Shown one piece after another: positions 26,167 to 37,893 of a stretch of 64,000 nt of DNA; positions within the stretch are counted from its first letter, which is position 1, and the number at the start of each line of letters is the position of its first letter. The stretch is from Zygnema circumcarinatum SAG 698-1b. Its lineage: Eukaryota; Plantae; Zygnematophyceae. The stretch covers positions 2,638,880-2,702,879 of the forward strand of contig CM074810.1 in NCBI GenBank assembly GCA_037447605.1, read 5' to 3'. The notes beneath the pieces were generated by a model, which worked only from the letters and a program-made list of their open reading frames with translations, ran no database searches and was not told the origin of the DNA. The position numbers and the translations under genes are program-made.

Positions 26167-26529
26167 NNNNNNNNNNCCCCCCCCCCCCCCCCCTTGACCG
26201 TACATGGTGCAAATACCCACTTCAGGAGTGCTCGAAAGGGCTTCAATGTGGGTGTTTTTAGAGCCTTTGGAGTTTTCAGATTTACAGAAAAAATACCACT
26301 CAAATTCAATGTCACATCCGATGTAATTTCCCAGTCGAATTCGTGTTCTCTCTCTCTCTCGCTCCCTCTCTCTCTCTCTCTCCCTCTCTCTCTCTCTCTC
26401 CCTCTCACTCTCTCTCGCTCTCTCTGCTGTCCCTTCGCCCCCCTCTCTCTCTCTGTCTCCCTCCCTCTCCCTGCCTCCTCGCTCTCCCTCACCCCTCCTC
26501 CCTTTCCTCTAATGTATCACCAACCCTAA

Positions 26530-28613
26530 TCAAACCTTTTTAGGTCTTACCATGACTGTTAAAGGCATCGCCGGCCGCATAGTCCCCACAAATTTCTCCC
26601 CTGTATTGATCAATTCTGTGATAGGAACGTCCCATTCAAAGTAATATAGAAGATGGGCGAGCATTAGGACCACCATGGTGTAGCCCAGGGAGAGGCCCGG
26701 ACACATTCTACGGCCCGAGCCAAAGGGAAGAAAGTTGAACTCAGTTCCACGGAGATCAAGATCATTCTCAAGGAACCGCTCAGGTTTGAACTCGTGTGGA
26801 TCCGGCCACGTCTTCGGATCATGGTGGATCGCCCAAACGTTGATCAGCAACGATGTATTCGCAGGGAATTCATATTTCCCTCCTCCTAAAACGATATTTT
26901 TGAGAGTGAAATGGGGAAGGAGAAGTGGCGCAACCGGTCGATGTCGGAGCGTCTCCTTCACTACTGCCTTAAGAAAAGGCAGCTGAAAGAGGCGGCTCTC
27001 AATGCTCTCCTTCCCCTCTCCCACTCCCACTCCCTCTCTCTCTCCCTCTCTCTCTCCCTCTCTCTCTTCCTCTCTCTCAAACACCACCTTCACCTCCTCT
27101 TGCAGCCGAGCCAACCATTGCTTCTGCTTCAGAATCTCCACCATTGCCCACTCCACAGCTCCTGCACTTGTGTCTGTTCCTGCCATTATCATATCTTGGA
27201 GAATTCCGATCATTTCTATCTCTCCCAATTGACCTTCCTTCTCCGCCATCAACAGAGCATCACAAAGAACCTGTGGGCCCTCCATTGAGCCTTTCTCCCC
27301 TCCTTCCTTCAGCTGTTCTCTACGCAGCTCAATCTCCTTCTTCAGAAAACTGCTCATGAAGGCACTCACTTTCCGGCATCTCTTTACAATTCCTCTGACA
27401 TCAAATGGGCGAAGCAGAGGGATGTAATCCCCAGGATTGAAAGCTCCACTTAACTCAAATAATTCTTCTGTTTTTTTTGAGAATTCCTCTGCTTCTGCGT
27501 CCTCCTCCTTCCCCTCAATGCTGTACTTGAATTTCCTCCCCACCGACATTTGGAGAATGTTGTTCAGAGACGCTCTGCTGACGTGGCGGCGTCACGTCAC
27601 GAAGCCTCCCCGGGGAGAGGCTTCCTCTCTAACGGCGGCAACCATACATAGAACCTCCGTTCTCCGTTTCGGGGCCCACAGGTCGAGCCGCTTGCGAGTG
27701 AAGAGATTCATCGCACAAATTTTGCGAGCGAGTTTGTGGTGAGGGCCGGTGGGGGCAGCAGCAATATCCTTTCCTGTATGGCAATAAGAAATTGAGAATT
27801 CAGATGGGTGAATTTAGATGTCAATCGGATGCCGTAAGTTTCTGAAATTATTTAGTGGATTGAAGTTTATCCTTAGCCTATGCAGGGAGTAAGTAGTTGA
27901 AAATCGTTAACATAATCATCAAAATAATCATTCTCAGGTTGTCTGCAACTTTACAAGATGTGAAAAATGAAGCAAAGAAGAATAACAGCACCATCAAAGA
28001 CAATAGAAGTCAGAGAAAACACTGTTACTGCTCACGATGACTGCAGCCGCGTGAAGAATCACCACCATAACTAACTGCAGCATTTCCCTGAAAAGCGCAC
28101 TATGAAAACTGGCTTCACGATCAATCAAAAAAAAAAAAAGTAGATTAAACAAAAATAGTAAATAATAGAATAGCATATAGTTAGTTTATGAGCAGCACCA
28201 TTGTAGGTCAAAATAGCCTCTGAGAAACGGAGGCTCCGCGAAGAACTTTGAGCGTCGTTTTCAGAAAGAACCTCTCTCGCTGCCTCCATGGAGGAGACCA
28301 CCACAAAGGAGATAGAGCCGAGATGGAGCGACATGATTGGTCCATAGGTCTCCGCCGTCTTGGCTAAGGAGCGGTAAGGAAGGGGGTCCTTAGGCTTTAA
28401 GGTCAAGTTACCCACCACCGGCCATGTCTGTGGGCCGGGTGGTGGAGGGAGGGAGAGGGGCCGACGGGAGAGGGAAGGGGAGAGGGAGAGGGAGAGCTGC
28501 GGGAGAAGGAGAGGAGCGGTGTAAAGGAGGGGGAGCAGGAGAAGGAGAGGGAGGAGCCATGGCCAGGGAAGGGCCTGCAGGACGGATTTTAGGGTTTCTA
28601 CATTTGTAGCCAT
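26530..28613 (-). pseudogene. Cytochrome P450 CYP71 clan copy 2 with one in-frame nonsense codon
   Basis: Exon 1 28613-28199, exon 2 27773-26530. TGA at 27594-27592 where copy 1 has TTA (VTLRRH -> VT*RRH); all catalytic motifs otherwise intact. Confidence 0.82.
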
Positions 28614-29772
28614 TGCAGGAAGGTTGGGGTTTGAGGAAAGAGAGAGAGCGGGAGGAGTACTAGAGGAATAGAGAGAAGGAGAGGAGAGAGATGAGAAAAG
28701 GATATGAAGATAAACTGTAAGGAGAGAGAGTGATGAGTGAGAGGTTAGGAGAGCGAAAATTATATGGACGTTTATAGAAGCAGGAGCGAGGTGCGGTCTA
28801 CGGCAACGTCACTTTTCTGAGTTTTTAGAACGCCGGCGATTGCAATTGAAAGATTTCAGTCCTGCCCGCGGTCAGCTCTGTGAGAGCCGCCGTGCATTGT
28901 CATTGGACGTGAGGGGCGCTGGGCTCCATTTGCATGCCTTTGATTGGCTATAACTTTTTTTCTACCCGGAGAAACGTTTTCAATCACCGGTGATTGGCGC
29001 TCAACTTCGACAGTAAAAAAAAAAAAAAAAAAAAATGTCTTTTGAAGGGACTCTACTTTTGAGGGGCACTTTCATTTCTATCTTAAATCTGCGCCAATCG
29101 CACTTTGTCACTTGTCAAACATGCAAACCTACACCAACTACATGCTGACATGTGTCATGCAACGTGTCCAAAAATGCAAGCAAAAGCAACACGTGTCCTG
29201 CCATGTGTCAAAAAATCAAAACCGCCAACCGCATACTGACACGTGTCATGCCACGTGTCTGGCCTGGTTCATCATGGTGTCGAACGGAGAGACTATGTGA
29301 AAGTGGGAGAGACAAGAGGGAAGGGGGGAGAATAAGAGAGAGAAAGAAACAAAGGGAAAGAGAGGGAAAGAGAGAGAGAGAGAGAGAAAAAGAGAGAGAG
29401 AGGGAGAAAGAGAAAGGGGGAAGGCTAAAGTGAGAGAGGGAGTATTTTCGTGACTGAAATATTTATTAAATGACGAACAAATAGTGCAATTGTTTTTTTT
29501 TTTGAGGCATAGTTTATGTTGTATGTAAGAAGCATTATTATAACTGTTTGTTTTTATGTAAATGCTTGTATTAATTGTTTGTGTTTTTCAATGTTTGCAT
29601 AAGCATAAAAAAGAATCAGTATTTGTGTACACTTAAAAGACAACTGAGAAACAATTATACAATCTCATCAATAGAAATACATAAGTTTTCAGGGTTTGAT
29701 CACAAGTCTAGTATACATTTAACAATGAAGAAAAAAAATTAGACTTATCTAGCTATTGTGTTTTACTGATTG

Positions 29773-30984
29773 TTAAGCCTCAGTACTACAAATTGGCAAA
29801 CGTCCATTTGCATGATTAATAATCAAACATTGTTGCTTGACCCGCTCACGAAAAAGTTTTGCATTTTGTGCTTCTCCCTGAAAGCGTTCATCTGACCTAA
29901 AAGGGGAATCATTGTCGACCTTCTCCTCCCATACATCCCCAAGATCGGCAAGCATGTTATGAAGAATGAAACAAATATACACCCACTCAGTCACTCGTTT
30001 TTTATCACTGGGCCCACGTAGTTGTACTCCCAGCATCTTCAAAGAGGAGAATCGTCCTTTTACGATTCCTATGCAATGCTCGTTCTGAACCCTGGTTTTG
30101 GCAATGCAGAAATTGAATTCTGTATTATCAAGAGTATCAGAAGCAGGAGCTTTGTAAGGAACCAGCATCCTCTCTGTCAACCGATATCCTTTGTCCCCGA
30201 TCAAGTATTCTCCTTCTGAGAAATATTCTTCAGGATTTCGAGAAATCTCCATTCGATCATAAACATATGTATCAGCACTTGACCCAGTCAATCCTATATA
30301 GCACGCTGTGACCCGCTTGTCAATATCACAAATTACTTGCACATTGATGGAATATTGTCGCTTTCGATCAAAGTAGAATGGTCCGTCCACAGCAGGTTTT
30401 TGCCCCAAAGGCACTACTGTTCCGTCAACAAATCCAACACATCCCGGAAACCCTTCGTCTTTTAAACACTCTGAAATTTCTTTCCGTCGTTCTGGGCTTG
30501 GCCATTTCAACCAAGTGTCGTCATGCTCTAAAATAGCCTTGAATACCCTGTCAGTGAAATTCAAAACAGTTCCTTTCCCAATTCCAAATCTTCGTCCAAC
30601 CTCTCCTAAGCTTGCCCCATTGCCACAATGACCCAACCGATATAAGGTGACCGCAAGTTGAATAGATATGGCTGTTTGCGGACAAGTACTATTATTTTTG
30701 AAAACACAGTTGCTTGATATTAAATCACTCAACTGCTGGAAACCTGCTTTTGTTGTTCGTAACGTTTGCCTAAAGTCTTCGTCGGGTAAGCGAAACAAAT
30801 GCTCTACACAAAATTCAAGTGACTTTCGATTGTTCACCCCTCTACAAACATAGCGGGATGACTGAACTAGCTCATATAAAATAGCCCACTGCCCCACTTG
30901 CTCATGGTTACCCTGAATGGTTGCTAATATAACCAAGATTTCTAAAAACCAGAGAAGATCGAGCTTTTCAGAGTATGCCGGCAT
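29773..30984 (-). mobile_element. PIF/Harbinger-type DDE transposase (HARBI1-like), intact 403-aa intronless ORF
   Basis: QLAVTLYRLGH..GAS HTH region, GCVGFVDGT, YSINVQVICD, GSSAD, YLIGDKGY, FN...RVQNEHCIGIVKGRF. Sits in an AT-rich island. Confidence 0.92.
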
Positions 30985-31170
30985 AATTTACTCGACAAAC
31001 TACCTGTAAATGCACAAAACAAAATATGGTATACAAGGTATTCAAAGTTTTGAAAGAAACTTTAAAAACAAAAAAAACAACTAAGATAAATAACAACAAA
31101 TATTTTACATCAAATGCACAAACACAAACACTATATATGAATCAAAATAAACAAATGAAAAAATAGTACG

Positions 31171-31241
31171 AGTCGAAGAGGGGATTTGAACCCCTTTATT
31201 ACTGTTTTGCAACAGTTGCATAACCAATTTGCCACTTCAAC
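31171..31241 (-). tRNA. tRNA-Cys(GCA)-like gene or pseudogene with a non-canonical 6-nt anticodon loop
   Basis: GTTGAAG-TG-GCA AATTGGTTA TGC-A-ACTGT TGCAAA ACAGT-AATAA-AGGGG TTCAAAT CCCCT-CTTCGAC-T. Seven-bp acceptor stem, perfect T arm, A/B boxes, U discriminator, T6 run 8 nt downstream. Confidence 0.6.
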
Positions 31242-31461
31242 TTAATGGAGAGGGGGAGGAATAACACACAGTCATACACGCAACAAAAGCATAAGCGAAG
31301 GAACGAGAGGCACAAGCAAAAAGGGAAGACTAAGGCAAAGGCAACATAGCAAGGGGCAAAGGCAAAGGATGTCGGGGCAGGAGCAAGGGAGGTAAAATAT
31401 GGAACGTGGAATGCGGAATGCGGAATGACGAATGAAGCAACAATACAAATAAAACAAAACC

Positions 31462-31842
31462 TACAGCAGCATTAGCATAAAAGCAAGAGCAGAAAAAGCA
31501 GGAGCAGAAAAAGCAAGAGCAAATAAAGCAGCAGCAACATCAACAGCAGCAGCAGGAGATGTAGCAGCAGCAGCAGGATAAGAAGCAGCTGAAGCTGCAG
31601 CAGTAGCAACAGAAACAGCAGCAACAGCAGAAGCAGCGGCAGCAGCACAACAACAACAGCAGAAACAGGAGATGAAGAAGAAGAAGAGGAAGCAGCAGGA
31701 GCAAAAAAAGCAAGAGCAAAAAAAGCAGCAGCAACATCAACAGCAGCAGCAGGAGCAACAGCGGGAGCAGCAAGAGCAGCAACAGCAGCAACAGTAGCAA
31801 CAGCAACAGCAGCAACAGCAGCAACAGCAGCAATGGCAGCAA

Positions 31843-31880
<38 letters not shown>

Positions 31881-32115
31881 GCAGCAGCAGCAACAACAGC
31901 AGCAACAGCAGCAACAGCAGCAACAGCAGCAACAGCAGCAACAGCAGCAACAGCAGCAACAGCAGCAATAGCAGCAATAGCAGCAATAGCAGCAATAGCA
32001 GCAATGGCAGCAATAGCAGCAATAGCAGCAATAGCAGCAATAGCAGCAATAGCAGCAATAGCAGCAACAGCAGCAGGAGAAAAAGCAAGAGCAGAAAAAG
32101 CAACAGCAACATTAA

Positions 32116-32152
<37 letters not shown>

Positions 32153-32380
32153 AGTAGCAACAGCAGCAACTCCAACAGCAAAGAAAAAGCAAGAGCAGAA
32201 AAAGCAGCACCAGAAAAAGCAGCAGCAGCATCAACAACAACAGCAACAGCAGGAGAAAAAGCAGCAGCACAAAAAGCAGCAACAACATCAACAGCAGCAG
32301 CAGGATCAGCAGCACGAACAGCAGCAAGAACAGCAGCAGCAGAAATAGCAAAAGCAGCAGCAACAGCAACAGAGCAAGGG
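31462..32380. repeat. Compound CAG/CAA trinucleotide array including 9-mer units (CAGCAACAG, CAGCAATAG)
   Basis: Direct reading; gives spurious polyQ/polyA/polyL ORFs. Confidence 0.9.
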
Positions 32381-32742
32381 AGACTAGGGAGGCATGGGCC
32401 AGGGCGAGGGAGGCAGGAGCAGGGGCAGGGCAGGCACGGGCAGGGGCAAGGGCAAGGACTCACCGCTGCTCAAGTCCGCGGTCGTCACTTGCTCACCGGT
32501 CGCACTTTTGTCGTCGTCGCCGGCTCACCGCTCACCGTTCAGTGGGGGGAGGCGAGAGGTCGCTCTGCTCGCTCCGCTGCAAGGATGTCTCGGGCGGTGG
32601 CGAGGGAGGAACCCTAAACCCTAAACCCGAGCTGATCTGAGCTCGCAGCGAGCGGTGGTGACGCGCGTGGCGACAAAACGGAGGGCGGCAGGCGGCGGGC
32701 GGCGGAGGGAGCGCGGCGGGGGGAGCGCGGCGGGGCGAAAAG

Positions 32743-33044
32743 GGGGGAGTCAAACCTGGCCCGGAGATGCAGAGTCAGACCTTGACCATCGCCAAACCAA
32801 TTCCGCGAGCCCGTCGGGCCAATTCCGCGTTGTACAGCAGGCCTTTTTCGCCAGAAGTGGACGTTCGACAGGCTCGGGTGCCGAGCCTGTATCTCATTTT
32901 TGTAACCTATTTCGAAGTACGGACGGGACAGACAGGTTCGGGGGGAGCCGCGGTTTCCGACCCGAATTCTGCAATCGAAATCAATACCTTTCCGCCGGCG
33001 AAATCTTTCAATTTCGCGGGCGATGGTCAAGGTCTGACTCCCCC
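32743..33044. mobile_element. Putative Harbinger terminus with subterminal inverted repeat
   Basis: GAGTCAGACCTTGACCATCGCC (32772-32793) is inverted at 33019-33040. The element ends ...GACTCCCCC followed by TAA, fitting G-rich Harbinger ends and TAA/TTA TSD; the partner terminus was not found. Confidence 0.5.
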
Positions 33045-33067
33045 TAATATGAAATATCTCTATTTTA

Positions 33068-33520
33068 GGGGGCGACTATTTACAGTGTACGGATTCTGAA
33101 TGTAGTGTACGATTTCGCCGGGCAGCAAAAAAATCCTTTTTTGGTTGCCCGGCGCTGTTTCATACTTTTTAGAATAGATACAGACCTTTTTTCGTCGGAT
33201 GTACGGATAGTGATTTGAAATGTACGAAGCGCGCGCGTCTACAAGGTATAAGGGCGCAACACGTGGAGCAACATGATTGGTCGCGGCANNNNNNNNNNTG
33301 CCGCGACCAATCATGTTGCTCCACGTGTTGCGCCCTTATACCTTGTAGACGCGCGCGCTTCGTACATTTCAAATCACTATCCGTACATCCGACGAAAAAA
33401 GGTCTGTATCTATTCTAAAAAGTATGAAACATCGCCGGGCAACCAAAAAAAGGATTTTTTTGCTGCCCGGCGGAATCGTACACTACATTCAGAATCCGTA
33501 CACTGTAAATAGTCGCCCCC
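33068..33520. mobile_element. Long-TIR (>=220 bp) DNA transposon/MITE, Mutator-like, with 8-bp TSD; interior is an N gap
   Basis: Arms 33068-33288 and 33299-33520 are reverse complements with a few substitutions; CTATTTTA duplicated at 33060-33067 and 33521-33528. Confidence 0.85.
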
Positions 33521-34742
33521 CTATTTTATCGTGAGAAATTCCTATGAGAGGATGCTCAAGGCAAGCTTACACGTGGCAGAAGGAGGTTGGCCCTTGGAGC
33601 ACGTCTGACACGTGTCCATTGGACAGATAAACACGTGGCAAGTGACTAAAGGTTTTGCGATGTGTGATTGGTCGATGGATGTGCGCGAACCTGCTGCAAT
33701 GTGCCCGAAACTGTGTCTGAAATTTTCCGGCTGAAGAAACTTCCGACAGAAACACTTGCAACAGACATTTTTTGAAGCATCCAAACCGTCCGTCACACGT
33801 GTAAAGGATCCATGTTTCAAAATCTCCGCAAACGACAAAAATTGTTCTCCAAAAAAAACTTTGTTTCGCCGTAAAAAGTGCAAAAAACACGTAAGCGACC
33901 AATCCTATGCGAGCAACACAGTTTCGAGGAGTCCTTTCCAGGTGACCGTTCAAAACGGTTTCCTCCGCAGAAAGGACAAACTTTCCTCACACGTTGTTCT
34001 GAACCATCCCCTTGGCAGTTTCATGATCCATCATGTTGTTAGTTCCACCTCATGTTGTTCGATGTCTATAGTTTTTGGTCATTCGAACATCATCCATCCA
34101 TAGAGAAGCACCCTGGAGAGGGGCCCTAAAAACCCTAAAAAACCCTAAAAACCCTCTCGGAATGGAAGACCCAACAAATTCCATGTTGTCCGTCCATACT
34201 ATTTCAACCTAGAATGCTAGAAATTAACAAAGAAAGTGTACCATAGGCCATGGATTTATCATTACCGTACCGTATCGTATCGTATCGTATCGTACCGTAC
34301 CATACCGTATCGTATCGTGTCGTATCGAGATTTGAGAGTTCGCTGTTTCTATGCTTCCCTCGCTTTCACATTGGTTTTTGCGAACATTTCAGCGAACCAA
34401 ACTCGTCAGTTTTCGACCGCAAACTGCGTCGGACTGGAAACCGCGCCACGGCATGCCGCCGGTTGAAATGTCGACATTGGATGATCGGACGGTCAGTGGC
34501 TGCCAATTGCTCAGATTAAGAGATCTCAGTCGTCCCTGACACGTGCGCAAAATACAGTAGCCCCAACACAAGATCGTCGGTACATGCACGACGGCCGTGC
34601 GTTCGTTCACGCGAGGGACAAGCCTTTTATTGAGAGTAGAGAGAGAGGGGAAGAGGGGAGGGGGAGAGGGAAAGGGGAGAGGGAAAGGGGAGAGAGGATA
34701 GAGAGGGTGGGAGTGGGGGAGTGTGTGTGTGTGAGAGAGAGC

Positions 34743-36616
34743 ATGTCCATGTCCATGTCTCTCGTCCTTGCAGCCCTCCCGTCCGCCCTGCAGGCCCTTC
34801 CTTGGCCATGGCAGCTCCTCTCCCTCCTACTTCTCTTCGCTGTACCCCTCCTCCTCCTTCTGAAGCTCTCCCTCCACTCGCGCTCCTCCCTCCCTCCCCC
34901 CCCCGGCCCTTCTCCATGGCCGCTGGTGGGCAACATTCCCGACATATCAAAAGACCCACTACCTTACCGTGGCCTCGCCAAGATGGCGGAGGAGTACGGA
35001 CCAATCATGTTGCTCCACGTGGGGTCCGTACGTTCTGTCGTTATCTCGTCCATGGAGGCGGCCAGGGAGGTGCTCCGCGACAATGACGCGCTCTGCTCCT
35101 CGCGGCCGCTCTCGCCGTCGGCCGCCATTCTCGCATGCAATGGTGAGATTCTGCTTACTTTAGGGTTAAAATACATTCAAACCGCTGCATCACTATTGAT
35201 AGTTAAAAGAGTAATTATTTTCGCTTGTTCCAGTATGACTGCTTGTTTTATCTCCCGATAAATCTTTTCATGACTTAGCTAGCGGCAAGTGATAAACAGA
35301 GACACCCCTCCCCCTCCCCCCCCCCCCTCCCTCTCTCCCCCCTTCCTTTTTTAATCAAATGATAAATCTAATCTTGCCCATATACAGGACGTGACATTGG
35401 GTTTGCCCCCTCCGGCCCTCACCACAAACTCGCTCGCAAACTTTGTGCGATGCATCTCTTCTCTCGCACACGGCTCAACATGTGGGCCCCAAAACGGAGG
35501 ACGGAGGTTCTATGTATGATTGACGCCGTTAGAGAGGAAGCCTCTCTCCGGGGAGGCCTCGTGACGTTACGCCGCCACGTCAGCAGAGCGTCTCTAAATG
35601 GCGTTCTCCAAATGTCGGTGGGAAGGAAATTCAAGTACAGCATTCCCGGGGAGGAGGACTCCGATGCTGACGAATTTGTAAAGAAAATTGAAGAAACGAT
35701 CGAGCTGCTTGGCTGCTTCAATCTTGCCGACTACGTCCCTTTCTTAAGGCCCTTTGATCCGAATGGAGTGATACGTCATTCTCGGAAAGTGAACACATAC
35801 ATGCGTGGATTTTATTAGAATGAGATTGAGATGCATAGAGAGCGACTGGAGAAAGTGGGGAATCAGCACTATCAGAAGCTTCCACAGGACCTCTGTGATG
35901 CTTTGCTCATATCAGAAACTGAATATGAATTGGGAGAGGCAGAGAAGATAGGTATCCTCTTAGACATGGCTGTAGCCGGTACAGAGACGAGTGCGGCAAC
36001 GGTAGAGTGGGCCATGGTGGACCTTTTGAAGCAGCCCCAATTAGTGGCTCGGCTGCAAGACGAAGTGAAGCAGGTGTTTGAGAGAGAGAGAGAGGGAGAG
36101 GGAGAGGGAGAGAGAGAAGGGAGGGAGAGTATCGAGAGTCAGCTGCTTCAGCTTCCCTTCCTCAACGCTGTGGTGAAGGAGACTCTCCGACATCGGCCCG
36201 TATCCCCTCTCCTCCTTCCTCACTTCACTACTGGCAACGTCGTTTTGGGGGGAGGGAGGTATGCTGTGCCGGCGGGAACAATGCTGCAGATCAACGGGTG
36301 GGCGATCCACCATGATCCGAAGGTGTGGTCGGATCCACACAAGTTCAACCCGAAGCGGTTCCTTGAAAAAGACATCGACATGCGGGGAACGGACTACAGC
36401 TTCATTCCCTTCAGTTCGGGCCGTCGGATATGTCCGGGAATGTCTTTGGGCTACTCCATTTCGGCGCTCATGCTCGCTCATTTGCTGCATTTCTTTGAAT
36501 GAGAAGTTCCGGAACCCGAATCGATTGATACAAGGGAGAAATTTGGGCTTACAGTGTGGCCTTTGCAGCCCTTGCAAGTGAAGGTTAAACCTAGGAATTT
36601 TGACCATAGTGTGTGA
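34743..36616 (+). pseudogene. Cytochrome P450 CYP71 clan copy 3, inverted, with two in-frame stops
   Basis: Exon 1 34743-35142, exon 2 35388-36616. TAG at 35816-35818, TGA (for conserved Trp) at 36500-36502; PERF->PKRF; PFGSGRR->PFSSGRR. Confidence 0.87.
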
Positions 36617-36639
36617 GTAGTGGGTGTGGTATAGGGAGT

Positions 36640-36784
36640 CAGTGGCGGACCCTTAGTGTTATCTGGGGGGGCTTAGCCACAGCCCCCCTTAGATTCTGAA
36701 AAGTGGTTGAATAGCAGAAATACACTCGAATTCTCAACTCACTGGTCAGCCCCCCTCTAAATTGAAATCTTGGATTCGCCACTA
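36640..36784. mobile_element. hAT-like MITE just after the P450 copy 3 stop
   Basis: Ends CAGTGGCGGA...TTCGCCACTA, internal GGGGGC/GCCCCC motifs, imperfect 8-bp flanks TAGGGAGT/GTGGGAGT. Confidence 0.6.
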
Positions 36785-37893
36785 GTGGGAGTGGGAGTGA
36801 GAGTGACAGTGTGAGTAGCTGTAGGATGTGGAATAGTAGGAGTGGTCAAAGGTCAGTGTGCGAATTCTGGCTGTTAGTGTTCAGCATTTCCTTGAGTTGA
36901 GCTAGAGTCCCGACTTAGAATGACACCTCTCCAGTGAGGGGAGGTGATGTATGAACTATCGGGCAGTGAGAGTTTGTTGTACTCATTGAAGCATATTTTG
37001 CGCTTAGTACTTTTCTCAGAGTTTTCGGCGTGCTTTTCGATTTCCCCCCCTCCCCCCCACACCCCACATCTAGGGCAGCCAATTTCTTAGCCGCAGGCTT
37101 TCGTGAGATAGGCAACGCGGTCAACGCATAGTCAGCACATACATATGTGTCGTACTGCACATAACAACCTGCTGTCCAGCATTTCATATGGCTCTCATGC
37201 TCTCATGGTGTTTCTATGGACGAAAATCTGCATGCAATTTATTAGCCGCCGATGTCGAATGTGGGACTTGCCTCGAACCTTTTCATCATTTTGGCGAAGT
37301 GGCAAATTACGTATAAAGCTTTTTCATTGATTGTGAAATAAGGTGATATATTTCCGCACACATTTGGGTTGATGGCGTTCCATGGTACGACGGCCCTTGC
37401 GAGCGCATTGGACGGTTCAGATGGCACCGATCTGCGATTCGGAAAATGGTGAAACCGAGACTCGAAGTTGCATCGAGCGGAATTTTAAAAGCGTAGATTT
37501 GAGCGAGCCGATGAACCATTATTAGAAAGTTCAAAAAGTTCAAGACAGACATAATTCATTCCTAAAATCTCTCGTTCAATCTAACTCAGCGAAGTTGAAC
37601 AATTACTATGCTTTTTCCGAACAGCAGCACAAAAAAGAAAAAAAAAAAAAAAAAACCCCTTATTTTCAAAAGAACAAAACAAGAAAAAAGAGTGGTTAAA
37701 CATCAAGCGAATAGAAAACGAAAACAGACACCTTTCTTGAAAGAAAAAAAATTCCACATTCGCAAGCCCTAGCAATGCATCCTCGGAACTGAACATTCCC
37801 TAACACGGTTCCATGTGACCCACAAAGAGCCCTCCCCACTTATTCAGAAGTATTCCAAGATTTCAAAATTTGGCTTGAGCCCTAAATATTTGG

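Noticed and set aside
31540-32463. 307-aa poly-Leu ORF and polyQ/polyA ORFs
   Set aside because: Products of the CAG/CAA array with no complexity or domain.
33068-33520. Palindrome as an assembly artefact around the gap
   Set aside because: The arms differ by substitutions and are flanked by an 8-bp target-site duplication, supporting a real element.
27592-36502. Idea that the tRNA-Cys-like gene suppresses the P450 TGA stops
   Set aside because: The stops replace Leu and Trp, and copy 3 also has a TAG and degraded PERF/heme motifs; ordinary pseudogenisation is simpler.
14688-36616. Biosynthetic gene cluster (P450s + GH26 + methyltransferase)
   Set aside because: No scaffold-forming enzyme, two P450s are broken, and the methyltransferase is housekeeping COQ5.
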